A stretch of 64,000 nucleotides of DNA. Source: Octopus vulgaris (taxonomy: Eukaryota). The stretch covers positions 100,316,001 to 100,380,000 of the forward strand of contig OX597819.1 in assembly GCA_951406725.2 (NCBI GenBank), written 5' to 3'. This document shows positions 11,910 to 25,261 of this stretch, piece after piece; position 1 is the first letter of the stretch, and every line of letters starts with the position of its first letter. The notes under the pieces were generated by a model. That model was not told the DNA's origin and ran no database searches. It worked only from the letters and a program-made list of their open reading frames with translations. The translations under genes and the position numbers were made by a program.

Positions 11910-12970
11910 GCAAGGGATCATGGCATTAACCCTAAAATAGATAGAGAACCTGAAACCACTGCCACAAAACAAGCAAAATGAAACAAGCAAACTACAAAAG
12001 AAAAAAAAACTGGCAGAAACAAACTGAGGAGCGATGGAACCAAAAGCCTCTGCAAGAACAGTAAATACTTCGAAGTCGAAATGCTGATGTAGATCAAGCA
12101 ACAACCTATCAGTGGCTGAGAATTTCAGCACTGAAAGCAGAGACAAAAGGTTTCATATTGTCGACACAAGACCAAATTTTGCTCACAAAAAAATACCAGG
12201 CTAACGTTCTTGGAACGGTTCTGACCCTAAGTGCAGATTCTGCGACACATTTGACGAAACAATAGACCATCTCATTTTGGGATGTCTTGTGGTGACACCA
12301 AACGAATACAAAAATCGCCACAATAGAGTAAGACAGTATTTACATTGGAAAATATTTTAACACTACAAAATCAGCACTCCTACTTACTGGCACGAACATT
12401 ATCCTGAACCAGTCACTGAAGGTAATAATATCATTATCTTCTGGGATTTTCCAGTTAACACTAACAGAACGATCCAGGTTAATCGACCAGACATAATTAT
12501 TAAAGAAAAGGAAGAAAATACTGGTAGACCAAGAAGTCAGCTTTCCTACTGATAAAAATATATCTGCCGAAGAATTTGACAAACTAAGTAAATGTAAGAA
12601 CCTGGGAATTGAAATACAAAAGATTTGGCATATCACAGCGAGAATTCTTCGTGTTTTTGTGGGTGCCCCAGGTATGATAAAAAAAAAGGGTTGTCAGAAG
12701 CATCTAGATAAGATCCCAGGAGAACCATGCCTCAGAGAAATCAAAAAGACTGTGCTGACAAGTACTGCACACATCCTTAGGAAAACCCTATCCATTTAAA
12801 TGTCTGTGTTGTATTACATGAAGATATTTCACTACCTCCCCTACCCAGTCATATTATAGTATCTTTTATCCTTCACTCGCCCCAGGACGCTGGGTATGTC
12901 CCGGCAAGTGACTGTAATAAAGATGGAGATTAAAAGTAATAATAAAAAATGACAATAATAATAATAACAA
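11910..12970 (+). mobile_element. R4/Dong-like LINE 3' fragment (CCHC finger + RLE domain)
   Basis: QWLRISALKAETKGFI..QDQ..KCRFCDTFDETIDHLILGC..YKNRHN..IFWDF..NRPDIII..TAHILRKTLSI* with stops and frameshifts; ends in an (AAT)n tail. Confidence 0.9.
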
Positions 12971-12973
12971 CAA

Positions 12974-13190
12974 TCCTTTCTATTACAAGTATAAAACCTG
13001 ACATTTTCGGACAAGGGGCTAATTGATTTTCATCGACCACAGCGTTCAAGTGGTTCTTAATTTATCGAACCCTTACAGATGATAAATGAAATTGTCTCTG
13101 GCGGTATTTGAACTCAGAAGTTAATGAACCAGAAGCAATGCATGTCACCAAAGTTTTCCGACGCGCCAACAATTCTGTCAGCTCGTGGCA
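12974..13190 (-). mobile_element. Decayed SINE family B copy
   Basis: Similarity to family B head and body by eye. Confidence 0.7.
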
Positions 13191-13699
13191 GTCGTGATTG
13201 TGGTGCTGCTGTTGCTGCTGCTTACTACGACAACCAGTACTACACTCATTTTAGTTAAATTAGAAGAAATTATATAATGAGTGTTGCCACGTATGTGAAA
13301 TACGATAACTTCGCAATATTTCAGCAAATATCTATTATAAGCACAGATACTATACAACCGTTATCAGAAAAAGTGCTGAACTATATAATTCCAAAGTCTA
13401 CCACATGTTTATCAAGTACAGTGTACCAAATTCGAGTCCGCACTTCTTTTTTAAACATGACTGGCGTTGAACCATTCTGCCAGAGAAATCCTTCGAATTT
13501 CTGTTATCCATTTTAGAGATTTTAATTTTACCAGTGAGAATTTTACGTTGTTGTCGTCAAGGGAATTTCGAAACATAATTCTATTCTGAGATATTGAAAC
13601 TCGATGAAGATAAAGGTTTAAATATCAGCGTACCGAAATACAAATAAAGACTTTCACTTTCTTTCAAAGTTTCTATATTACTAGGATAAAGACACGCGT

Positions 13700-13714
13700 A
13701 CACACACGCACGCA

Positions 13715-13799
<85 letters not shown>

Positions 13800-13864
13800 C
13801 ATACATATATATATATATATTTGTATATATATACATATATATATACACAAATATATATATATAC

Positions 13865-13909
<45 letters not shown>

Positions 13910-14499
13910 AATACAAACATGCAAATGTACATATATATAAATGTATACGTAAATACACACACATACATACTTAATCGTGCGTTTCTCTCTATATATTATA
14001 TCTAGATAAAAACGTGTTTTGTACGTACATACGAAGATACATACATGTATATATCCAATGAAAAGAAAGGCTACCCGAATAAAGATGGCTATTCTGTAAA
14101 TGTTTAATAAGAATGTTGCGAAATATCTGTAATTTACAGATATATATCTTTACGGCTAAGATTGTAATCGATGAAAATAAAGAATCATAGCCAGTATTGC
14201 AGCAAATCTCGTTGATTATGTATAAGTTGTTGAACATTTGGGTGGAAGTACACATGAGAAAGCTTATAACTAATTGAAAATGAGACAATTGATGATAATG
14301 TTCGTGTATGTGTGTTTCCGTGTTTGTTTGCGTGTGTGATAGATCGTGTGTATAGTTGTAAGTTTGTGTGTGTGGGTCTACATATTGTAAGCAGGACATC
14401 TGCAGTCTCCAACTTTCAGTAACACACTGTGAACATTGTTGTAGGTTGTAGTTATATATATATATATATATAATGTATATATATGTATATATAAATAAA

Positions 14500-14539
<40 letters not shown>

Positions 14540-14655
14540 TATACATATATATCATACATATATGCGTGATAGACACAAATAACGTGCATGTCTATGTCCG
14601 TGAATTTACGCATATAAGCATATATATGTACGCGTATCTGTGCAGGTGTGTGTGT

Positions 14656-14691
<36 letters not shown>

Positions 14692-15191
14692 AGAGAGAGA
14701 GAAATAGATAGATATACCTACATACACACAAATATATAATTACATATGTATGTATGTATGTATGATCGTGTGTGTATTTCCAGGAGTCTTTTGTTGTTGT
14801 GTTCGTAGTTGAGCAAGTTTATAGGCAACAATATATTCAAATATTGAAACATCTTAAAGAAGCATACAGACATATATTCAAAGACGACAATCGGTTACTC
14901 ACACACATAAAAACACATACTCACTCATACACTCAATCTTATACTACGAACTAATTGTTTAGAGACGAAAAATCTTAGAACTAAGATGGACATATTTCAG
15001 ATAGAGGGATAAATAGAAATACATAGGTAAACATACTTATAGATAATCAGATGAATATACGCGCGTGTGTGTTTCTGTGCGTATTATAAATGTGCATATG
15101 GTAATATATCTATAAGTGTATCTCTCTTTCTTTCTCTCTCTCTCTCTCTGTATATATATATATATATATTTATGTATGTATGTATGTGTAA

Positions 15192-15252
<61 letters not shown>

Positions 15253-15691
15253 CGTGTGTATTGATTATATGTGTATATATATATTTATATATGTATATAT
15301 ATATTTATAATTTCCGAAGATGAGTAGGCATACAAGGAAGTAGATAGTTTCTAGATAAATACATCAATTATATATGATAAGATGATAAATTACTTTATAT
15401 TTTATACATGAGTTTCTATATATCTGCTGGACTAGATGTATTTATTTCTTTATCTGTGTGGTACGTATAAGGAGAAGCATTAGTGTGTCCCAGATGCACA
15501 CCTCTCAATAAGCTTATACATACGAGCATACACACAGACGCTCACATACGCACACACACATATATATATATACATATACACATATATGTACATACACATG
15601 CATATACACTCAAACACCCATACATAGAATCACGTATATATATATATATATTGATATATATATATTATATATAATATATATGTTGTGTATG

Positions 15692-15739
<48 letters not shown>

Positions 15740-15750
15740 CATACATATAT
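13700..15750. repeat. Cluster of (CA)n, (TA)n, (GA)n and (TATG)n microsatellites
   Basis: Direct reading; several tracts separated by unique AT-rich spacers. Confidence 0.9.
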
Positions 15751-16150
15751 ACTCTTTTAATTTTTTCAGTCATTTGACCGCGGCCATACTGGAGCACTGC
15801 CTTTAGTCGAGAAAATCGAGCCTAGGACTTATTATTTATATGCCTAGTACTTAGTCTATCGGCATCTTTTGCCGAACCGCTAAGTTACGGGGACGAAAAT
15901 ACACCAGAATCGGTTGTCAAGCGATGTTGGGGAGACAAACCCAGAGACACACACACACACACACACACACATATATGCATATATACGACGGGCGTCTTTC
16001 AGTTTCCGTCTACCAAATCCACTCATATGGCTTTGGTCGGCCCGAAGCTACTTTAGAAGACATTTGCCCAAGGTGCGACGTGGTGGGAATGAGCCCAGGA
16101 AAATGTGGTTGGTAAGCAGGCTATTTACCACACAGCCAGTCCTGCACCTA
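15751..16150 (-). mobile_element. Full-length SINE family A
   Basis: Collinear with the reverse complement of 5176-5592. Confidence 0.9.
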
Positions 16151-16929
16151 TATATATATGTATATATATATATATATATATACATACAATCGCGCTCAGA
16201 TGCATACACACGAATGCTCATACATACACACATAAGCAATTTCAGCTTCAGCATAAGTGAATTGGGTTTCTGTAAACACATTTTGGCAGTGTAGTTAAGA
16301 ACAATATGACTGGTCAAAGCACATCTTTAACGCTTGTTCATGTGGGTAACTTACAACTGAGTTTGCCCAAACACAATGTTGAACATCTGTTAATTGATTA
16401 ATTAATCCACATAGCGAACGATTGCACTTTTATGGAAACTAGGACAAATCAATTTATATCTACGTTATAAAATCTTTGTAGATATTATCCAGGCATTATC
16501 AACAGTTCCTTGTGTGTTCAGGACGATGATTAATGCATGATTTCAGATGAAGCCATATGAAATGTTGAAGCCAGTCACATCTGTTTGACCTCTGCTAGAG
16601 ATAAAAAAGTAAAATGTGGTTTAACTAAACTGTATATATTTATTGCGATACTTAAAACGTTTCTTTAATTAGAAACTCATCCTCGTAAAGTTGTGTTATA
16701 TCTCTGCTTGCCTTAACGCATGTAGTGTTTCTTTTAATCAATTATGCATAAAATATATTAAGGATTGGAAACGTCTCAACACCGCAGTTATTCAGGTGAC
16801 GGAGGAAACTGCCGAGTGTTTGTTACTGATTCAAATTTTTTTCGAGTGGCACCGATCAATTTGTGTGCAACCCACAGGAAGATGATGGTGGTGTTAATGA
16901 TGATGATGATGATTATGATGAATACGGTA

Positions 16930-17930
16930 ATACAAAACAGAGAGCCTAAAGTTTATTTGACGATTTACAGAAAAGGGAAGATGAAACTTCTAAGAAGCGT
17001 ATGACTTTGCACAACGTAATAATGACTGCGAGCACCGATACAGAAGCTCCTAGTTATTGTCGTGGCCAGTAGAAGTATATGATTGCTGAAGGGGGCTAAA
17101 AACCAGGGCAAGTATACAATGTTGATGAAACTGAACTTTTCCCGAAGCGCATGTCTGATAGCCTCTTTGATTTTCTCTCGAGTATAAAAAACAACACCAG
17201 TATTTAGAGCTTCCAAAAGTTGTCTGCCACTTTTGTTGGGACGAAATGCCGCTGGTGATAGTAAAATCTAAGAGTATCCAAGTGGTACACAAAGTTTAAT
17301 CTACCTCTGGTTTGGTGTTCAGACAAGAAAGCATGGATGACAGAGGGCCTTTCAGATAATGTGAAGTAGACTATATCCCCAGAATACAACTTCTTTGCTT
17401 TAATTCATGGACAAAGGCGTATTACAGGAGAAGAAATTTCAAAGCAACTTCAGAAAGCAATTAACTAGGAAGATAAGCCTACAGCTAGAGATTTCTGGAA
17501 GAAATTAAACCTAATGGGTACTGTGGATAATATAGCTGAATCGTGGGATGGAAGGAAAAGCTCAAATCTGAATAGCGAGTTTCAAGTAGAAAGTCTACAT
17601 GAAATTCGGAAAGATAGGTGACACTTGCAAAAGATGTTGGTTTTGAAGAAGTCGTAGTGAATGATGTGAGTGAGATGCTAGTGTCTCAGAGAGAACGTTT
17701 ATCTAACGAGGGACTGATGCTGATAGAGAAAGAACAAGCTGAGAATACAGATGAATATAGATGAGACAACGGAAGTTCTAATTACACCACTTTAAGTGAC
17801 TATAAGAATTATTACTAAAAGATTTGCATACATAGAGAAAGGCCAGCAATTTACAACAGGAGATTACAGTGAGCTCACAAATAGATGATGCACCATAAAC
17901 AACAAAGAAATTTGGATATGTTCTTCACAC
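16930..17930 (+). mobile_element. Decayed Tigger/pogo transposase remnant
   Basis: Broken translation IAEGG*KPGQVYNVDETELFPKRM..PVFRASKSCLPLLLGRNAAGD..LPLVWCSDKKAWMT matches the Tigger DDD motifs (NVDETGLF, LLLGGNA.GD, NKKAWMT). Confidence 0.85.
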
Positions 17931-18114
17931 CCCTAGAAGATAGTAAATATTGTCCTTCATCCTCCTGCTAACGCTCATGCTATCACCACCTTTCTACTGT
18001 ATTCAACATCTTTTGTGATAAAAATGTACCGTTATGATATTGCGATTTTTATTCATTCTCCTGAATTATTCCGCTTGAAATGTTTTTGTATTTATGTATC
18101 TATATTGTATCGTG

Positions 18115-18500
18115 CATTCTTCTTATTCTTTCATTCTTTTAATTGATTGAGTTATTTGACTGCGGCCATGCTGGAGCACCACATTTAGTCGAACAAATCA
18201 AGCCCAGGACTTATTCTTTGTAAGTCTAATTCTTATTCTATCGGTATCTTTTGCCGAACCGCTTAGTTACGGGAACGTTAACACACCAACATCCGTTGTC
18301 AAGCGATGGTGGGGGGACAAATACAAACACACACACATATACGATGGGCTTCTTTCAGTTTCTGTATAACAAATCTACTCACAAGGCTTTGGTTGACCCG
18401 AGGCTATAGTAGAAGACACTTGCCCAATCCCAGTGGGATTGAACCCAGAACCATGTGGTTGGGAACCAAGCTACCTACCACACAGCCACTCCTGCGCCTA
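18115..18500 (-). mobile_element. Full-length SINE family A
   Basis: Collinear with the reverse complement of 5176-5592. Confidence 0.9.
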
Positions 18501-19897
18501 TGTTCAGAAATATTAATTTTCAGGTGATAGTGTGGTTTGTTCTCTCTTGTTTTCCTCTTGCTTCCTCTTATTTCTCCTCAATAATATCAAAAATCAATAG
18601 GACAACAAAAATTCGCATTACGGAATTTCGCGTTTCGGGAACGTATTACTTCCGTAAAGCGAGGGATTCTTGTATTGGGTTTCATTAAAAAAAGAAATTG
18701 AACTTTTCTCATTGTTTGGCTAATGCTACTGTGTCAGTATGATGTCTTTCACCCAATTTTTTTTTTTTTATATGTCTCTCCATTTTTCCAACATTTATGT
18801 CATTCATACAAACTACTTCGAAGTTTCTGGACTATCTTTCCATTTTAAACTTTGTTTTATATTTCAATTTTCATTTCGAGAGTAATCAATTTTCTTGACA
18901 TTTGAAACTCTATTATTCATTCTAGCACAAACATGTAAACGAAATATACAAAATAACATAATTCTAACCGATGCGTTATTTTAGATTGCGGTCTATCGCA
19001 ATAACAAAGAAAGTAAATTAAATTGAAATTAAAGAAAAATGATTCATTGAAAACTGCAACAGAATGGAGCAAACAATGAAGTTGTGTTTCTGTATACTAT
19101 AGCTAAATATATTTTAGTTAAATCCAAATTTTAACTCTGCGAGAAACCATACGAATTGTTTTCCGTGTAAAGTATGGGAAATACTTTTCGACTTATTAAC
19201 AACCTCATTAAGAGAGTAGTTGGTGATAGAAAAATACAAGTAGTTGAAAACTAATTCTTTTTTTTTTTTTTGTTCCAGAAAATGCGTAGTTATAACACTT
19301 TTCGTTTCGTGTAAATACATCCTCATTAGCGGAAAACTTCGAAATATATTTAACGATAGAAATATTGAAGATCCTAGGAGGATAAGAATTTTTATTTGTA
19401 TAACTTATGCATTCATGATAGGGCTGTTACAGTCATGTACTTAAATCCAGAGTACCGTCAAAGAAATTAAACTTACTATATTCATTTTCTATGGAAATAG
19501 ACGGGCGAGGACGCTTAAATAATTAAAAAGAAAAATTGTTCGTGACCTTTCAAGATTTAACTTGAGAGATCTGCGGATAATGAAAATAGCATTATTTCTC
19601 TATAATCTACCGCCTACTTCAAGAAAGTCTCTATGTATACTGTTAGATGCCAACTAAATTACTATCTTGCGTAGAGTGGGTTATATACTCTATTCTTGTT
19701 AATAGTGTTATATATTCTAGTTTTCTAGAAGTTCTTCTAAACGATATTTGGATTCACTAATCATACACGAGGAATTACCTTCGATGTTAATTCTATTTGA
19801 ATCTATTGATGTCAAGTTATTTCATGCAGTTAACCAAGTTCACTTAACCACTGAGTGCTTTCTAGATACCTGCCTAGATTTATTAATCCCTTTCGCT

Positions 19898-20036
<139 letters not shown>

Positions 20037-21299
20037 CACGTGTTTGTGCATGTATGTATATACATGTGTGTATGTTTGCAGACAGATACTTATTTATGTT
20101 CCAATTTTAGTATTTATATTGTTGCATTATTGCTGTTTTAGTATCATTGAAACAAGTTTAGATTTTATAAACAAGTTTTAGACTTTATTTGTATTTGTTT
20201 TTTTTTTCATTTATTTTTTTTTTCATTCTTGTTTCTTGAAATATAAAGTGGAAATTTGAAAATTTACAGTACTTATTCCTTAAAGGATGAATTTTAAAAT
20301 CCTAACTTCTAACTTTTAATTATAACACGCCGTTTTTCGTAATATATATTTATTTATTTACTCTTTTATTTCATTTTATTCCATTCCTTCTTTGGTGAAG
20401 AAGGTTTCTCGATTTTATGCTTTTGAACATCACAAATTCAGAACGTGCAAACATTAATATTTATGTTAAACAATATAAAATACTGTTTTTTTTTTTTGCG
20501 TATAAAGTAATAATGAAGAATTACAATCCAATGCTACATAAATATATTTATATAATAAATTAAATTGACATAGAACACGAATATATTTTAAATACCTGCA
20601 TTAGTTTTAAAAATAAAAAAAGGTAAAGTTATAGTCATTAAAGAAAGCATTAATATTGTACTGTTACACTGTCTGATATTTTAAAATGTTGATGTTTCAA
20701 TTTATTAAGGATGAAATTGTAATTACGAATGCAAGCAAAATATATTTATAGATTTCAAATGCTCACGAAATGTATTTATATATGTATATATATAAATGTA
20801 CTTTTTACATTGTTAAACGCACAAATATTAAAAATAAATCGAATAAAGCAGTAAATCCCGAACACGAATCCGTTTCTGATTTCAAAACACAGAATGAAAG
20901 AAAATTAATTGCAGATTCTAAAGCCAATAATTAAAAAAAATATCACGAAACTGCTTTCGAAGGGAAAAGTAAAATACTAAAATGTAATAATTGCCAAAAT
21001 CGTTAACAATTATATTATTAAATGCAAACTGCAATCTGCTAACAGAATACTGTATACATGAGTCCCCTGATTGATATCCATGTTGAGTATATCTAGGTTC
21101 AAGGGCTTGTGGCTAAGGCATACAGGAATCGAAGAAGTATCTTATAGGCTTGATGATCTTATGTTACGTGAACCATATATGTGTGTAAGGTTTAATAATG
21201 TCCTGTATTTTAAGAGTAATCCTAGGAGAGCTGGACAATGGCTGGGGCAACTACTGTTGTACTTTTCTCTTCCCTTTAGCTTCATTATTCTTCTTATTT

Positions 21300-21520
21300 A
21301 GAGTCCTTTGTCTAAAATATTCCATTACATCTCCTGTGACCTCTTTAACGGCTCTCCATCCTACGTGACTTCTTATGTTATGTTTGGCCCTATCTGTCTT
21401 TCTAGAAAGAGAGAATGGACTAAAGAAAACAAGAGACACGTTGGATGGAGAATCGCCATAAGAAATTGGACTAAACAGATGATACATGGGAGAAAGAATC
21501 AATGAGGAAGCCACAGAGTG
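21300..21520. mobile_element. Possible heavily decayed RTE-clade LINE C-terminal fragment
   Basis: Weak likeness of KRHVGWR..RNWTKQMIHGRK to the RTE motif GHV.R...RWTK....W; short and degenerate. Confidence 0.25.
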
Positions 21521-22094
21521 TGTGCCAAAAGATTTTGGACATAGGACACTAAAATAGGAACAATATTAAAGCTGAAGTGAAGAGCGAATAAATAATGCAT
21601 GTGTTTATTTAGTAAAAAAAGATAATAATAATGACCATCATGAAGTGTCCCCACATAGGCGCAATCATAAGACTGACACGATTAAAGATAAAATATAACC
21701 ATAATTTTTACTTGTTTTACTAAAAACTGTATACTTTAAAACTTTATCCAATATCCATTGTATAATATTCACAGCAGCAATTCATTGATAATTTCCTCAT
21801 TTTCAAAATGATTTAAAATTCTGCTAAAGATTTTGCAGCACTCTAGTTAGAGAGGTTTTGCATTTCACACCTAAGCATTATCTACAGGAGGTTCTAATAT
21901 TTCTTCTTCGTGTGGTTTATTCCATTCTTCTTCATACTCTACATATATAACAGTTTATCATTTCTAAACGCACATTGTAGCTCACTCTACAAATTTTTTT
22001 CAATTTTTTATTCAATATCAAATTTGTAAACTTTTCTCTTTGGACATCGTGTAGTGTTCAATTAAGAATAGTATATGTAATAATGTAATTACGT

Positions 22095-22131
22095 ATGTAT
22101 GTTTGTATGTATGCACATCTATCTATCTATA

Positions 22132-22214
<83 letters not shown>

Positions 22215-22221
22215 ATATCTA

Positions 22222-22282
<61 letters not shown>
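22095..22282. repeat. Compound (CTAT)n-(CT)n-(TA)n microsatellite
   Basis: Direct reading. Confidence 0.95.
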
Positions 22283-22284
<2 letters not shown>

Positions 22285-22288
<4 letters not shown>

Positions 22289-22580
22289 AATCCAAACGGG
22301 AAACAAAAAAACAACAACAATGGAACAATTACAGTATTATTATTAATAGGCGCTCAGGAAATGGAAGCAGGGAGGTATGACGTTTCGAGCGGAGCTCTTC
22401 GTCGGAAACATAAAGAAGGAAGAGAGAGGAAAGAAAGATCCCGGAGCGGGCAACGGAGATAGAGAAAAACGACTGGTGTTAGGAGTTGCACATGGTGAAA
22501 GGCGGATGTTTACGATAACAAGAGCAAAGTGGGTTTTTAAAGGCAAAAGAGTGGAGACAAGGTTGGTAACGCAACAGATG
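22285..22580 (-). mobile_element. Penelope-like pLTR with variant hammerhead at 22375-22412
   Basis: Minus strand CCGACGA A GAGC-UCC-GCUC GAAAC GUC (core C3U4 is CC; palindromic ACGU helix III); abuts a (TA)n tract. Confidence 0.65.
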
Positions 22581-25260
22581 TGTGTGTATGTGTGAGTGTG
22601 TGCGTGTGCGTGTGTGTATGTGTGTGTGTGAGGCGAGATAAAAAAACAAAAATATATGTATGTGTTAGTGTGTGCGTCTGTGTGTAGGCGTGTGAGGTAG
22701 GGCGAGACGGTGGTCAGCATAGCAGCAGCATAGCAGACAAAGGTCAGTAGTAAGACAAGGGAGGAAGGAGGAAGGGAGGGAGGGGAAGGGGTGGGGGCGT
22801 ATGTAGCGTGCCAGCGTGTGTTGAGTAGTAGTGTGTGTGTGTGTCCAGTGTCGTGGTAGTATTAGTGGCGAGTAGATTGAATGTGTGTAAGAGTAATGTA
22901 TATGTTTAAGCAATGTGTGTATATGTGTGCGCGTGTGTGTAACGAAAAAAAGGGGGGGTTAAGGAAAGGGACTCCAGCGGAGGGGAAGATGGAAGAGTGG
23001 TCCCGCGGAGACGGGCGTGGGAAAACCCAACGACAAGCGACATCCCAGGAACGGGCGGGAGGTCTCGTCGGGTCCAAGGGCGAGGTGCAGGCGGCGCGCA
23101 TGCGTGCGCGAACCGGCGCAAGCGCGTGTGTGCGCGCGCCTGCGAGTGTGCGCGTACGTATGTGTGTGTGTGGATGTGTGAGTGTGTCTGTGTGTATGTC
23201 TGGGTGGCAGTGTGTCCGATGAATGTATGTGAGTATGTGTGTATATATGTGTGTGCATAGATGTATGTCCGTGTGTGTGTGTGTGTGTGTATGTGTATGA
23301 GTGTGTATGTATGTACGTGTGGGTGTGGGGAAGTGTGTGTATGTGCATGTGTGTGCGCGAACATACAGGTGTGTGAGTGAGTGCGTGTGTGTGTATGTAT
23401 GTGTGAGTGTGTATGTATGTGTGTGTAGGATGCATGTATGTGTATGGGTGTATGTATGCGTGTGTGTATGTATGTATGTGTACGTGCGTGTGTGTGTGTG
23501 TATGCGTGTAGGTGTGCGCATGTGCATGCGTGCATGTATGTGCGTATGTGTGTGTGTGTGCATGTGTGTGGGTATATATGTGTGTGTGTATATGTGTGTG
23601 TATGTGCGTGCATGTGTGTGTGTATGCATGTGTGTGTGTAGGTGTATAGGCGTGTGTGTATAGGTGTATGTATGTAAGTATGTATGGGTGTGTCCGTGTA
23701 TGTGTGTATGTATGTGTGTGTATGTAGCTGTGTGGGCGTGTGTATATGTGTGTGTATGTAGGTGTGTGGGCGTGTGTATATAGGTGTATGTATGTCTGGG
23801 TGTGTCCGTGCATGTTTGTGTGTGTGTGTGTATGCATGTGTATGTAGGTGTGTGTGTACGTGTGTAATGTATGTGTGTATGCGTGTGTATGCGTGCGTGT
23901 GTGTATGTAGGTGTGTGTGTGTGTATGTGTGTGGGAGTGTAGGTGTGTGTGTGCGTGTGCGTGTTTATGTTGGTGTGTGCGTATGTGAGTGTGAGTGTAT
24001 GGGTGTTTGTCATGCATGTGTGTGCGCGTGCAGGTGAGTGTGTGTGTAAGTATGTGTGTGTGTATGTTTGTGTGAGTGTGTATGTGTGTATGTCTGTGTG
24101 TATGTATGTGCGTATAGGAGTATGTAGGTATGTGTGTGTGTATGTATATGGGTGTATGTATGTATGTGTGTGTGTGCATGTGTATAAGTATATGCGTGTG
24201 TGCGTATGTGTGTGTATGTGTATGTGTGAGTGTTTATGTATGTGTGTAGGCGTGAGTGTGTAGATGTATGTATGTATGGGTGTGTGTCAGTGTGTGTTTG
24301 TGTGTGTGTGTAGGTAGATGTGTGTGTCTGAGTGAGGGTATGGCTGTGTAGGTGTGTGTGTGTATGAATGTAAGTGTGTGTGTATACAAGTGTAATGTAT
24401 GTATGTAGGTGTGTGTGTGTGTGTATGTGTACGTGTGCGTGTGTATGTGTGTGTGTGTATGCGTGTGAGTGTGGGTGTATGGGTGTATGTCTGTGTGTGT
24501 GTATGTCTGAAGTGGGTATGTGTGTGTATGTATGTAAGTGTGTGCGTGTGCGGGTATGTGTGTGTATGTGTGTGTGTGAGTAGGTGTGCGTGTATGTATG
24601 TGGGTAGGGATGCATGCGAGTGTGTGGGTATGTATGCAAACATACGCATGCGCACATCCGAAGCAAGCCCACACACACGAAGCGCGTTCACGCACACAGC
24701 GCGCAAGCAGTACAACGCAAGCCCAAAGGGGCCGACCGAGCCCCCAGCGCGCGCCAAGGCGCGCGAGCGCAAAGGCCCTCGAACGCCCGCTACGCGGGAA
24801 CCGAGGATTCATCAGCCAAAACCGGAAAGCAGAAAAGAGGGGGGGCTGCCTGGATGCAAAAAGGTGTATGTGTGTGTGCATTCAGTGTACGGGTGTGCAT
24901 GTGTGGGTATGTATGTATGTATGTGCCTACATGTATGTGTGCATGTGTGTGTGTGTGAAGTATGTACGTGCGGTGTGTGTGTGTGAGTGTGTGTGTATGT
25001 ATGTGCGTATGTATGTGTGTGTGTATGTGTGTATGTATGTCTGTGTGTGTGTGTGTGTGTGTGTAAGTATGTATGCGTGTGTGTATGTATGTATGTGTGT
25101 GTGTATGTGCATGTGTGTCTGTAAGTGTGTGTGATTAAATGTGTGAATGTATGTACGTAGATGGGTCTACGTATGTGTGTGTGTGAACAGGCGTGTGGGA
25201 GGTAGGTGGGTGGGAGGTAGGTGGGTTTGGTGTGTCCGAAAAAAAAAAAAAAAAAAAAAA
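22580..25260. repeat. 2.7-kb degenerate (GT/GTAT/GTAG)n array with two GC-rich islands and a terminal A22
   Basis: Alternating purine-pyrimidine array; GC islands at 22950-23160 and 24640-24860; A22 at 25239-25260. Confidence 0.9.
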
Positions 25261-25261
25261 T

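Noticed and set aside
22960-23050. RNase P, 7SK or telomerase RNA
   Set aside because: There are only short resemblances (GCGGAGGGGAAG, GCGACATC); no P4 partner strand and no telomeric template.
22862-24179. Long His/Thr-rich ORFs (383 aa and 406 aa) and the Val/Cys-rich ORFs opposite
   Set aside because: They are translations of the degenerate (CA)n/(GT)n array, open in several frames only because the repeat lacks stops.
24785-24835. HDV-like ribozyme (GAA-UCCUCGG-UUC resembles P3/L3 on the minus strand)
   Set aside because: I could not find a matching P1 5' strand, or a P2 3' strand with the catalytic C junction.
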